Source: Clostridia bacterium
GTDB taxonomy: Bacteria > Bacillota > Clostridia > Monoglobales > Monoglobaceae
Assembly (NCBI GenBank): GCA_045586445.1
Contig: JAZNAJ010000214.1
Location: forward strand, 1-60,781
Direction: 5' to 3'
Length of the DNA: 60,781 bases
Numbering within the stretch: the first letter of the stretch is position 1; every line of letters begins with the position of its first letter. Shown piece after piece: positions 20,851-29,007 of the stretch. Position numbers and translations under genes: made by a program. The notes under the pieces are model-generated. The model had not been told where the DNA came from. It worked only from the letters and a program-made list of their open reading frames with translations, and searched no databases.

Positions 20851-21819
20851 TTATTTATTCCTTTTTTTCAGAACTTCCCTCAAATCCTTGCCAACCGTCT
20901 GCATCAGCTGATAATCCCCCACAAACCTTGAGGTTATACGCTGACTGTATTGGTTTGAAAGCTCCTCAAATCCAAGATTAGAGGATATAACCGTGCTTTT
21001 ACCCGATATTATTCTTGAGTTTATTATATCAAAAAGCGCTGCTGATGTAAACTGTGTAGTAAACTCAGTGCCAAGGTCATCGATAATCAAAAGGTCTACA
21101 TCATATATGTATTTTACAAGTTCCTGATTATCCTCATCGCCCTTGGAGAACTTTGCGCCTTCATAGATTTCAAACAATTTAAATGCCGTCTGGTAATAAA
21201 CAGTCTTGCCGCGTTCCAATGCCCGATTGCCGATGCAGCTTGTTATATAGGTCTTGCCTGTACCTGCATTGCCCATTATAAGAAAATTATCGTGGGTCTG
21301 GTCAAAGGTTTCGGCAAAACTAAGTGCTCTTTCGCACAGCTTTTGCATAACCTTCAAAGTTGTAGCCGTATTCTCGCCCTGATTTGAAAACAGTGAAAAA
21401 TCAAATTGTTCAAAGGTCTGTCCTCGCATATGCTCGGTCAGGTTGGAGTTCTCGCCAATATGCTTTACAATCAGGTTTTTAAGACAAGAACATCTTAGTC
21501 CCTCAACAAAACCTGTATCCCGACAGATCTTGCAGGTGTATATATCATCAAGATAGTCCTCACTGAACCCGTTCTTCTTCAATAAATCAGCCTTCGCCTG
21601 TTGCAGACCTTGTATTGCCTTTTTTATATCTTCAAAGTCCTCGCCGCGATTCAAAACACAACCAAGAAGTCGTGTACCCTGTTTCATCAAGTTTGATTCT
21701 ATATCCACTATCTCGGGAGCTTTTATTTGCACCTCGCTATGACGGATATCCTGTTTTTCCTTGTTCTTTTGCCGAATTTTTTCAAGTTCCTTGTTCGCAA
21801 GGATGTGTGCTGACTCCAT
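20851..21819 (-). CDS. DnaI/DnaC-like helicase loader ATPase
   Basis: Walker A GNAGTGKTY, Walker B LLIIDDLG and an N-terminal Cys cluster CKICRDTGF..CSC. Confidence 0.8.
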   Translation of the reverse strand: MESAHILANKELEKIRQKNKEKQDIRHSEVQIKAPEIVDIESNLMKQGTRLLGCVLNRGEDFEDIKKAIQGLQQAKADLLKKNGFSEDYLDDIYTCKICRDTGFVEGLRCSCLKNLIVKHIGENSNLTEHMRGQTFEQFDFSLFSNQGENTATTLKVMQKLCERALSFAETFDQTHDNFLIMGNAGTGKTYITSCIGNRALERGKTVYYQTAFKLFEIYEGAKFSKGDEDNQELVKYIYDVDLLIIDDLGTEFTTQFTSAALFDIINSRIISGKSTVISSNLGFEELSNQYSQRITSRFVGDYQLMQTVGKDLREVLKKRNK

Positions 21820-21836
21820 ATTTTCACCAAGCCTTT

Positions 21837-22838
21837 CTACTCTGCCAGCATATCATTCAGGATTTGCTCGGCAAAGTTTGAATAATCGGGTTTGTTTGTG
21901 TCTGTATAATTGTTGAGCTTGCCCTTCTTTGCATTTGTTTTTACCTTGACAGGCGCCGACTTCAGCTTAAACAATTCTTCTTTTTCTCGAACTTCGTCCA
22001 CGGTTTTTAATCCATCCTCGGCCCAACTCATAAGTATTTTATTCATATATGCCCAACTGAGCTTGCCTGTTGCCGCTGCCGTGCGGTCATACGCCTCTTC
22101 CACCAGCTCGACAGGAATGTTTTTTTCATAAGTCCACAGATTTATATATTTCTTCTCTGTCTGACTGAGTGCTCTGTCATATATACCCAAAACTCCTCTG
22201 ATTTTACCCTCGTTGGAGAGCTTTAACTCAATTTCTTTTATATATTCCTCGGCACTTTCGTATGTATTGATACCTTTGTCTGTCCAGTCAATGGCGACGG
22301 TTTCCAGATACCGTTTGCCTGTTTTTCCCACGCTTGCGGCATATCTGAGAAGCATTATAACCACCTCGACGGGAAGTCCAAGCCAATCCACAAAGGAATA
22401 AAGCAGTTCATAATCTGACGGGCTGAGGATTTTTTCCAAAATCCGTTCTGCCTCGCGGAACATATAATCAACTTCTTTGTTGACCGCAGCTACCGCATCT
22501 ATCTCTGCCGCCTCATAGGAAGGTCTTGCCCGCAAGCCGGCTTTTGAATCTTTCGTTGCGGCTTTCTCGTTTGATTTTTTTGATATCTGTCCTGCCCCCT
22601 CAAAGGTATAACCCCTGCCCTTTTTACAAACAACCTCTGCCGTAATCCAGAAGTCCAAGGCATTCTCCACCATATCTTTGTCTTTGTCCATCTTCTTGGC
22701 GATTTCGGAGATAGTCAGGGTTTTTTGGTCTTTCTCCCAAATATATAACATATATAGGTAGATTTGCAAATATTCGGCTTTTGCAAATCTGCCCCATTTT
22801 TCCATAAATTCAAATTCAATTTCAAACTTGTTTTGCAT
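21837..22838 (-). CDS. DnaD-domain replication initiation protein (DnaB/DnaD-like)
   Basis: 333 aa with DnaD/DnaB_2-type repeat regions (YLETVAIDWTDKGI, YMNKILMSWAEDGLKTV). Paired with the loader ATPase. Confidence 0.75.
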   Translation of the reverse strand: MQNKFEIEFEFMEKWGRFAKAEYLQIYLYMLYIWEKDQKTLTISEIAKKMDKDKDMVENALDFWITAEVVCKKGRGYTFEGAGQISKKSNEKAATKDSKAGLRARPSYEAAEIDAVAAVNKEVDYMFREAERILEKILSPSDYELLYSFVDWLGLPVEVVIMLLRYAASVGKTGKRYLETVAIDWTDKGINTYESAEEYIKEIELKLSNEGKIRGVLGIYDRALSQTEKKYINLWTYEKNIPVELVEEAYDRTAAATGKLSWAYMNKILMSWAEDGLKTVDEVREKEELFKLKSAPVKVKTNAKKGKLNNYTDTNKPDYSNFAEQILNDMLAE

Positions 22839-22901
22839 TTCTTTTTCCCTAGTTTCTGGTATATTTCCCCCGTTGGGTTAATGTTTGATGGTTATGTTGG
22901 T

Positions 22902-22958
22902 GAGCGCCGCGTACTCAGGTGTACGCAAGCGAGGATAAGCGGGCGAGACGGGGTGCTT
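22902..22958. repeat. GC-rich 57-bp direct repeat, copy 1
   Basis: gagcgccgcgtactcaggtgtacgcaagcgaggataagcgggcgagacggggtgctt. Identical to copy 2 except one C/T difference (22949 vs 23068). Confidence 0.9.
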
Positions 22959-22980
22959 CCTCCCACCGCCTTTCTCATTT

Positions 22981-23090
22981 AAGTAGGTGGCAAAAAGCGT
23001 CCTTAGCTTGCTTGTTTGACGAGCGCCGCGTACTCAGGTGTACGCAAGCGAGGATAAGCGGGCGAGATGGGGTGCTTTTTGCCCCTACTT
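22981..23090. repeat. 17/18-bp inverted repeat arms enclosing repeat copy 2
   Basis: aagtaggtggcaaaaagc (22981-22998) is the reverse complement of gctttttgcccctactt (23074-23090) apart from one bulged T. The right arm covers the last codon and TAG stop of mnmE. Confidence 0.8.
23021..23077. repeat. GC-rich 57-bp direct repeat, copy 2
   Basis: Same 57-mer 119 bp downstream of copy 1. It ends 8 nt from the mnmE stop codon. Confidence 0.9.
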
Positions 23091-24479
23091 ACCCACACAG
23101 AAGTTTGCAAATACCTTCTCTATTATCTCATCCTGAACTGTTTCACCCGTTACTTCGCCGAGGGCGGAGATTAGGTCTTCGAGGTCGACATAGAGCATAT
23201 CGGTCGGGACTTTTGCTTTTATGCCTGATTTCATATTTTGTGCAACCTGGTAGGCTTTGATGAGGGCATCTTTTTGCCTGGTGTTGGAGATGAACACATC
23301 ATCCTTGTTGATTCCCCCCGCCATAAATTTATCACAAATTTTATCTTCAAGAATGTTTATTCCTATGTTTTCGCCCGTATGCGGGGTTGCTGTCAGCACA
23401 ATATCTGCCTCGCTTATCCCCAGTTTTTTTGCATAAGGGGTCTTTTCGCATTCTGCATTCTTGTCCGTCTTATTTAATATAACTATTACGGTTTTATCTT
23501 TTGTATACTCAAAAATTTTCAAATCCTCATCGGATATTTCTTGTGAGGCATCCAGAACAAACAGACAAAGCTGTGCCTCGCTGATATTTTCTTTTGCCTT
23601 TTCAATTCCTATTTTTTCCACAGAATTTTCACTTTCTCTTATTCCTGCGGTGTCGATTAACCTGAGGGCAATGCCCTTGATTGTAACATATTCTTCAATG
23701 GTATCACGCGTTGTTCCTGGAATGTCGGTAACAATCGCCCGTTCACTGCGGCTGAGTGCATTAAGAAGCGACGACTTGCCCACATTGGGCCTGCCTGCAA
23801 TAACAGTTTGTATGCCATCACGCATAATCTTGCCTTTTTTGAATCCCTGCAGCATAACTTCTATCTCGGCTGAAATTTTGTCGATTTTGGAAATCAGTTC
23901 GTCATCTGACATTTCATCTATCTCATCGGGATAATCAGCTATGGCTGACAGGTTTGCCGCAAACTCAACCGCCTGGTTGCGGATTTCGTTTACCTTTTGC
24001 GACAGTTTTCCCGACAGGGTTTTAACCGCATTGTCGTGACCAAGCTCAGAATTGGAATGGATAAGGTCAATGGTCGCCTCGGCTTTTAAAAGGTCTGTTT
24101 TGCCGTTTACGAATGCTCTGCGGGTAAATTCCCCTGCCTCGGCTTGCCTTACGCCACATTTAAATATTTCCTCCATGACAGCTTCTGCCACCAGATATCC
24201 ACCATGACAGTTGATTTCTGCAACGGTTTCACCGGTATAGGAATGCGGGGCACGCATAACAGCAACCAAAGCCTCGTCGATAAGGCTTCCGTCAGACGCT
24301 CTTTTTATGTCCGACAAAACTAATTTGTGGCTCTCTATGCCAGATATAGTCCTCCCATTCTTTGGAAAGACTATACTTTTTATACATTCTTCGGTATTCT
24401 CTCCGCTTATTCTGATTATGGCAATTCCGCCCACCCCTATAGGGGTAGCAATGGCGGCTATTGTGTCAAACTCTTTCAT
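23085..24479 (-). CDS. mnmE: tRNA modification GTPase MnmE (TrmE)
   Basis: G1 motif GRPNVGKSSLLN, G3 motif DTAGIR and the invariant C-terminal CVGK. Confidence 0.95.
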   Translation of the reverse strand: MKEFDTIAAIATPIGVGGIAIIRISGENTEECIKSIVFPKNGRTISGIESHKLVLSDIKRASDGSLIDEALVAVMRAPHSYTGETVAEINCHGGYLVAEAVMEEIFKCGVRQAEAGEFTRRAFVNGKTDLLKAEATIDLIHSNSELGHDNAVKTLSGKLSQKVNEIRNQAVEFAANLSAIADYPDEIDEMSDDELISKIDKISAEIEVMLQGFKKGKIMRDGIQTVIAGRPNVGKSSLLNALSRSERAIVTDIPGTTRDTIEEYVTIKGIALRLIDTAGIRESENSVEKIGIEKAKENISEAQLCLFVLDASQEISDEDLKIFEYTKDKTVIVILNKTDKNAECEKTPYAKKLGISEADIVLTATPHTGENIGINILEDKICDKFMAGGINKDDVFISNTRQKDALIKAYQVAQNMKSGIKAKVPTDMLYVDLEDLISALGEVTGETVQDEIIEKVFANFCVGK

Positions 24480-24490
24480 TTGCCGAATAC

Positions 24491-25822
24491 TCAGCCTTTC
24501 TTGATATTTGAAATGATTTCCTTAACCGCGCTTTCAAGCTCGTTGTCGGTCTGTATGTCAGCACTTATCTTTTTTACATTATGAAGAGCTGTTGTGTGGT
24601 CGCGTCCACCAAACATCTCACCGATTTTGGGGAATGACGGGTCGTCAAGCAATTCGCGACATATGTACATGCCAACCTGTCTTGGCAACGCCACATCCTT
24701 GGAACGCTTTTTGGAAACAAGGGAACCCTTTGACAACCGGTAGTATTTTTCAACTTCATCGATAATCAGCTTTGCCGTAATCGCACGCGTTGGCTGCGCC
24801 GCAAGAATATCCCGAAGTGCTGCGGTTGCAAGTTCCATAGAGATTTCGTTGGTGCGCTTTATTCCCGCATAAACCAAAATCCTTTTAACCGCACCTTCAA
24901 GGTCACGGACATTGGACTTAACACTGTCAGCAATAAATTCAACAATTTCCTCGTCAACGGTAAGGTATTCACCCTGTATTTTGTTTTTGAGGATTGCCAT
25001 TCTGGTTTCGTAATCGGGTGGCTGAACATCAGCAAGTAAGCCGCTGTTGAACCTTGTCTTCAAACGGTCTTCCAGTTGAGGAATTTCGGACGGGAGCCGG
25101 TCGCAGGTCAGAACTATCTGCTTGTCCTTTTCAAAAAGGGCATTGAATGTGTGAAAAAACTCCTCCTGTGCAAGTTCTTTATTGGCAAAAAACTGTACAT
25201 CATCAATCAACAGAAGGTCTACCTTCCTATATTTATTACGAAACGCCTGGTTGGTTTTTTCGCGAATGGCTGTTACCAGCTCGTATGTAAACTTTTCGCT
25301 TGTGGTATAAAGCACCTTCTTTTTGGGGTAGTTCTCGCGGTAATAGTTGCCGATTGCCTGCATAAGATGAGTTTTGCCAAGACCACTTCCCCCATACAAA
25401 AAGAGGGGGTTGTAGGTTTTTGCAGGGCGTTCTGCAACAGCAAGAGCTGCAACATACGCCAAATTGTTGTTGTTGCCCACAACAAATGACGAGAAAGTGT
25501 ACTTGGAGTTGAGCGTGTTTTCAACCGTAATCGGGTCGATTATTTCGGTCGAATCCTCGTCATCAACAATAACCTCTATATCGAACTTGCGTGAAGCACC
25601 CGCCTCGACACAACTTTCGATAAGAGAGAAATATTTTGTCATTATCATATTTTTATTAACAGAAAAAGGTACTTTCAGAGTTATTTTGTCTTCATCAATG
25701 CCCTCGGGGCTGATTGGTTTTATCCAAGAATCATAAGAAACCGCCGATATTTCTTTTGCCAGTTCCTCTGACACCTTTTTCCAAATTCGCTTTAATTCTT
25801 CCAACCTTAAAGCTCCTTTCAA
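24491..25822 (-). CDS. dnaA: chromosomal replication initiator DnaA
   Basis: Walker A GGSGLGKTHL, Walker B LLIDDVQF and a C-terminal DNA-binding helix (DHTTALHNVKKI). TGA stop. The longest ORF starts with TTG at 25822. A TTG at 25804, preceded by AAAGGAG at 8 nt, is the more likely start. Confidence 0.93.
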   Translation of the reverse strand: MKGALRLEELKRIWKKVSEELAKEISAVSYDSWIKPISPEGIDEDKITLKVPFSVNKNMIMTKYFSLIESCVEAGASRKFDIEVIVDDEDSTEIIDPITVENTLNSKYTFSSFVVGNNNNLAYVAALAVAERPAKTYNPLFLYGGSGLGKTHLMQAIGNYYRENYPKKKVLYTTSEKFTYELVTAIREKTNQAFRNKYRKVDLLLIDDVQFFANKELAQEEFFHTFNALFEKDKQIVLTCDRLPSEIPQLEDRLKTRFNSGLLADVQPPDYETRMAILKNKIQGEYLTVDEEIVEFIADSVKSNVRDLEGAVKRILVYAGIKRTNEISMELATAALRDILAAQPTRAITAKLIIDEVEKYYRLSKGSLVSKKRSKDVALPRQVGMYICRELLDDPSFPKIGEMFGGRDHTTALHNVKKISADIQTDNELESAVKEIISNIKKG

Positions 25823-26030
25823 ATTAGTACTGCTTGAAAAAAATCAATATATAATATATAATAACAGACTTTTTTTCTTTTTTCAACAATAAAAACGCCC
25901 AAAAACTCTGCTGAAATTTTTCCAAAACGCTTTAAAACACAAAATATTGTCTTTTTGTATGTTTGCTATTACAACATATTCTGTTTTTTTGTCTGAAAAA
26001 ATTTTTAAAAATTTTTAACCGTATAAAGTA

Positions 26031-26059
26031 TTGACAATATTGGTTTATTGTGTTAAAAT
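26031..26059 (+). promoter_or_regulatory. candidate strong sigma-A promoter of rpmH
   Basis: TTGACA (26031-26036), 17-nt spacer, TAAAAT (26054-26059), with an upstream TG (extended -10). Confidence 0.55.
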
Positions 26060-26139
26060 AGGTAATGCTGTTTTGAAAAATTAGTATTAAATTTAAATAT
26101 TTATACCTTTAGATTAATTTGGGTTTGGAGGGGATTTTA

Positions 26140-26274
26140 ATGCTTTGAAGATTTCAGCCTAAGAAAAGACATAGAGCCAAAGAGCACGGCTTTAGAAAAA
26201 GAATGTCAACAAGAAACGGTCGTAAGGTATTAGCCAGAAGAAGACTTAAAGGCAGAAAGAAATTGTCAGCCTAA
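26140..26274 (+). CDS. rpmH: ribosomal protein L34, interrupted by an in-frame TGA at codon 3
   Basis: GGAGGGG RBS, then ATG CTT TGA AGA TTT CAG CCT... This reads [43 protein letters not shown]. It is colinear with the L34 consensus MKRTFQP...GRKxLSA. Confidence 0.8.
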
Positions 26275-26296
26275 AGACGCCTTTGTGCGTCTTTTT
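26274..26296 (+). terminator. hairpin plus T-run after rpmH
   Basis: aagacgc-ctttgt-gcgtctt followed by TTT. May be a partial terminator ahead of rnpA. Confidence 0.5.
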
Positions 26297-26385
26297 GACT
26301 ATTCGGGCAAATTTTTTAACGGTGTCTGGAGGATATTTGCTTTATCAATTCACACATTATTACTTTTGATAAAGGGGTTGTAAAT

Positions 26386-26739
26386 ATGCAAAAATCTCAA
26401 CGCAAAGCGGCAACGCTTACGCTGAACTCACAGTTCAGAAGACTTTACAAATCCGAAATATCCTGTGCACGCCCCACCCTTGTTCTTTATGCAAAGCAAA
26501 ACGATGTCGGGTTTAACCGCATTGGCATAACCGTCAGCAAAAAGATTGGCAAGGCTCATATTCGCAATCGTGCAAAACGCAGGTTGCGTGAGGTTTTTCG
26601 ACTCTTTGCGCCACGCCTTGCAAACAGTTTTGATTTTGTTATTGTTTCAAGAGGGCGTACGCCCGCAGCACCTTTTGAAAGTCTTTTGCAAGACTTTGAA
26701 TTTGCCGCAAAAAATTTGAAGGTGCTTAAAGATGAATAG
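26386..26739 (+). CDS. rnpA: RNase P protein component
   Basis: 117 aa basic protein with the RNR-like motif ([18 protein letters not shown]), in the conserved position after rpmH. Confidence 0.9.
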   Translation: MQKSQRKAATLTLNSQFRRLYKSEISCARPTLVLYAKQNDVGFNRIGITVSKKIGKAHIRNRAKRRLREVFRLFAPRLANSFDFVIVSRGRTPAAPFESLLQDFEFAAKNLKVLKDE

Positions 26740-26950
26740 TCTTATTTCAAAAATTCTTATTGGTCTTGTAAACATTTATCGCAGATTTATATCGCCGCTC
26801 ACTCCACCAAGTTGCAGGTTTTATCCCACTTGTTCAAAGTATGCGATTCTTGCCATAAAAAAATACGGGCCATTCAAAGGTACACTTAAGGCATTATGGC
26901 GGATTATCCGTTGCAATCCCTTTTCAAAGGGCGGCGTGGATTTTCCGTAA
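26732..26950 (+). CDS. yidD: membrane protein insertion efficiency factor YidD
   Basis: 72 aa. [23 protein letters not shown] is the YidD signature. Confidence 0.9.
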   Translation: MNSLISKILIGLVNIYRRFISPLTPPSCRFYPTCSKYAILAIKKYGPFKGTLKALWRIIRCNPFSKGGVDFP

Positions 26951-26998
26951 TTTGTATTTTTGTACCAAATTACTATAAGATAACTGGAGGATATTATC

Positions 26999-28048
26999 GT
27001 GACTTATATTATGATTGCCCTTGGTTGGATTTTGGACCTGTTTTACAGAATTATCGGCAACTATGGATTTGCGATTATATTATTTACCGTATTTATCAAG
27101 CTGTGCCTATTTCCGCTTGATATAAAACAAAAAAAGTCAATGGCAAAAACGCAGAAAATTCAGCCGCTTTTGATGGAAGTCCAGAAAAAGTATGCCAACG
27201 ACAAAGAAAAACAAAGTCAGGAAACAATGAAGCTTTATCAAAAGTACGGCATCAATCCAATGAGCGGTTGTTTGCCGATGCTTATTCAGCTTCCTATTAT
27301 ATTTGCCCTTTATTGGGTGGTAAGAAAGCCGATTGCCTATATGATGGGCGTTAACGCATCCGAAATCTGGCGTATTGCCGAAGCTTTTAACGCATGGGCA
27401 GCAGCCAATGGCGATGCTCTGCCTGAGGCACTTAAAGGGATTATCCCCGTTACCTATCAAAAGGGTATGGGCAACGCAAATACCTTTGGCAACTATGAAA
27501 TCCAGATTGCACAGCTTCTTTTCAAACATCCCGAAATTTTGCAGCACTCTGCAATTTCAAGTTGGGATGAGGTTTTGAAGCCAATCAATTTCTCTTTCTT
27601 TGGGATGGACCTTTCTGCCGTGCCTGATATGAAAGCATTTTTTGGTATGTTTATCGGCAGATTCTCGGCCATAACCACAGAGGTTGCATCACTTTGGCTG
27701 ATTCCTTTGTTTGCAGGGATTAGTTCTTTGGTGTCAAGCAAGATTGCGGCACCTGCCCAAAAAAAGGATAAAAAGGCTATCCTCTCGGAAGAAGAGAAGG
27801 CATTGGAAAAGTCCTCGGCTACAAACGACACTATGAAATCCATGACAACCATTATGCCTATTTTCTCGGCTTGGTTTGCGTTTACCCTGCCCGCAGCTGT
27901 AGGTCTTTATTGGATAATAAGCAATATTATACAGATACTTCAGCACAAATTTGTTACAAAGTATTTTTCCGACGGAATAAGTCAGGAGGATATAGAAGGA
28001 GAGATTGAAAATGTTAAAAGTAGAAAAAACCGCAAAAAGCGTAAATGA
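26999..28048 (+). CDS. yidC: YidC/SpoIIIJ membrane protein insertase
   Basis: GTG start 7 nt after GGAGGA. YidC core (KMQ.LQP motif as KTQKIQPLLMEVQKKY; GCLPMLIQLPI). Lys/Arg-rich C-tail. TGA stop. Confidence 0.9.
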   Translation: MTYIMIALGWILDLFYRIIGNYGFAIILFTVFIKLCLFPLDIKQKKSMAKTQKIQPLLMEVQKKYANDKEKQSQETMKLYQKYGINPMSGCLPMLIQLPIIFALYWVVRKPIAYMMGVNASEIWRIAEAFNAWAAANGDALPEALKGIIPVTYQKGMGNANTFGNYEIQIAQLLFKHPEILQHSAISSWDEVLKPINFSFFGMDLSAVPDMKAFFGMFIGRFSAITTEVASLWLIPLFAGISSLVSSKIAAPAQKKDKKAILSEEEKALEKSSATNDTMKSMTTIMPIFSAWFAFTLPAAVGLYWIISNIIQILQHKFVTKYFSDGISQEDIEGEIENVKSRKNRKKRK

Positions 28049-28778
28049 AGCCGTTGAGCTTGCTGCCGCTGAACTTGGTGTTTCGGCAGACCAGGTTTCT
28101 TATAAGGTTACACGCGAAATAGGCAAGGGACTTATGAAGTTTTTGGTAGGTTCAGAGGTTGACATTGTTGCCTGGAAAACTGCCGATGAGAAGTCCGAAC
28201 AAAAGCCTGTTGCAAAAAAGACAGTTAAAGATCCTAAGGAATCAAAACCGGCTAAAGATGCCGCAGCCGTAAAACCGGCAAAGCCTGAGGTTGACGACAC
28301 TTTTGTAATTCCCAAGTCAGCAGTTGACGATGCAAAGTTCTTTGTTTCTGAAATTTTGTCTAAAATCGGTCTTACCTTTGACCTTCACATCAAGCTTGAC
28401 AAGAATGTTATCAATATCGACATTTCAGGCGAAAAGATGGGCCTTTTGATAGGTAAACGCGGCGACACAATCGATGCTGTGCAGATGCTTACCGTACTTT
28501 ATGTAAACAGAAACAAGAATATGCCTTATGTAAAGGTAAACCTTGACACCGAGAATTATCGCAGCAAGAGAGAAGCAACTTTGGTAAGACTTGCTCACGG
28601 TCTTGAAAGAAGCGTACTCAAGGACAAGAAGTCTGTAACACTTGAGCCAATGACCGCTAACGAAAGAAGAATTATACATTCAGCACTCCAGAATAATCCA
28701 AAAATCAAGACATTCAGCATAGGTGAAGAGCCTAACCGCAGAATGGTTGTTTCTTACAATAACCCCGAAGAAAACTAA
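28011..28778 (+). CDS. jag: Jag/KhpB RNA-binding protein (Jag_N, KH, R3H domains)
   Basis: MLKVEKTAKSVNEAVELAAAELGV N-terminus and C-terminal R3H (LEPMTANERRIIHSAL). The start lies inside the yidC tail. Confidence 0.88.
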   Translation: MLKVEKTAKSVNEAVELAAAELGVSADQVSYKVTREIGKGLMKFLVGSEVDIVAWKTADEKSEQKPVAKKTVKDPKESKPAKDAAAVKPAKPEVDDTFVIPKSAVDDAKFFVSEILSKIGLTFDLHIKLDKNVINIDISGEKMGLLIGKRGDTIDAVQMLTVLYVNRNKNMPYVKVNLDTENYRSKREATLVRLAHGLERSVLKDKKSVTLEPMTANERRIIHSALQNNPKIKTFSIGEEPNRRMVVSYNNPEEN

Positions 28779-28794
28779 TATTTTTATCAACTTT

Positions 28795-28836
28795 AGCCAC
28801 GGATGGACTATGGTCTGTCTGTGGCTATATCATTTT
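28795..28836 (+). terminator. imperfect long hairpin plus T-rich tail after jag
   Basis: agccacggatggac-tatg-gtctgtctgtggct followed by atatcatttt. Confidence 0.5.
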
Positions 28837-28880
28837 AACAGTTTTTCAGCAGTTTTGAAGTTAATATTTGTTGCATATTT

Positions 28881-28898
28881 TTTGAATATTTATGCAAA
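28881..28898. promoter_or_regulatory. ARG box 1 (ArgR operator)
   Basis: TTTGAATATTTATGCAAA matches 17 of 18 positions of TNTGAATWWWWATTCANW. It lies just upstream of the -35. Confidence 0.6.
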
Positions 28899-28903
28899 AA
28901 CTA

Positions 28904-28932
28904 TTGACTTTTTTGCATAAATATAGTTTAAT
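28904..28932 (+). promoter_or_regulatory. candidate arg operon promoter
   Basis: TTGACT (28904-28909), 17-nt spacer, TTTAAT (28927-28932). Confidence 0.45.
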
Positions 28933-28943
28933 ATTAAGTATAT

Positions 28944-28961
28944 TTTGAATATTTATACACG
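28944..28961. promoter_or_regulatory. ARG box 2 (ArgR operator)
   Basis: TTTGAATATTTATACACG, a near-repeat of box 1, lies downstream of the -10. Confidence 0.55.
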
Positions 28962-29007
28962 CAATTTGTAAAAACTGTAACTATATTTAAACAAAAGGAG
29001 CTTTGCT

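Noticed and set aside
22902-23077. Possible CRISPR array
   Set aside because: There are only two repeat copies. The 57-bp repeat is far longer than CRISPR repeats, and no cas genes are present.
23089-23097. DnaA-box-like TTACCCACA
   Set aside because: It is a single 1-mismatch hit inside the last codons of mnmE. There is no cluster, so chance explains it.
22764-23260. 72-aa and 113-aa plus-strand ORFs sharing the peptide ERRVLRCTQARISGRDGVL
   Set aside because: The shared peptide is only the translation of the duplicated 57-bp DNA repeat. The ORFs overlap the dnaD-like and mnmE ends and have no RBS.
26140-26160. TGA in rpmH explained by an alternative genetic code (TGA as sense codon)
   Set aside because: TGA clearly terminates dnaA (24491-24493), yidC (28046-28048) and argJ (31183-31185). 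Reading through those stops would run into neighbouring genes out of frame.
26140-26160. RF2-style programmed +1 frameshift at CTT TGA in rpmH
   Set aside because: The +1 frame gives [14 protein letters not shown]..., which is unrelated to L34. The L34 sequence continues in the zero frame after the TGA.
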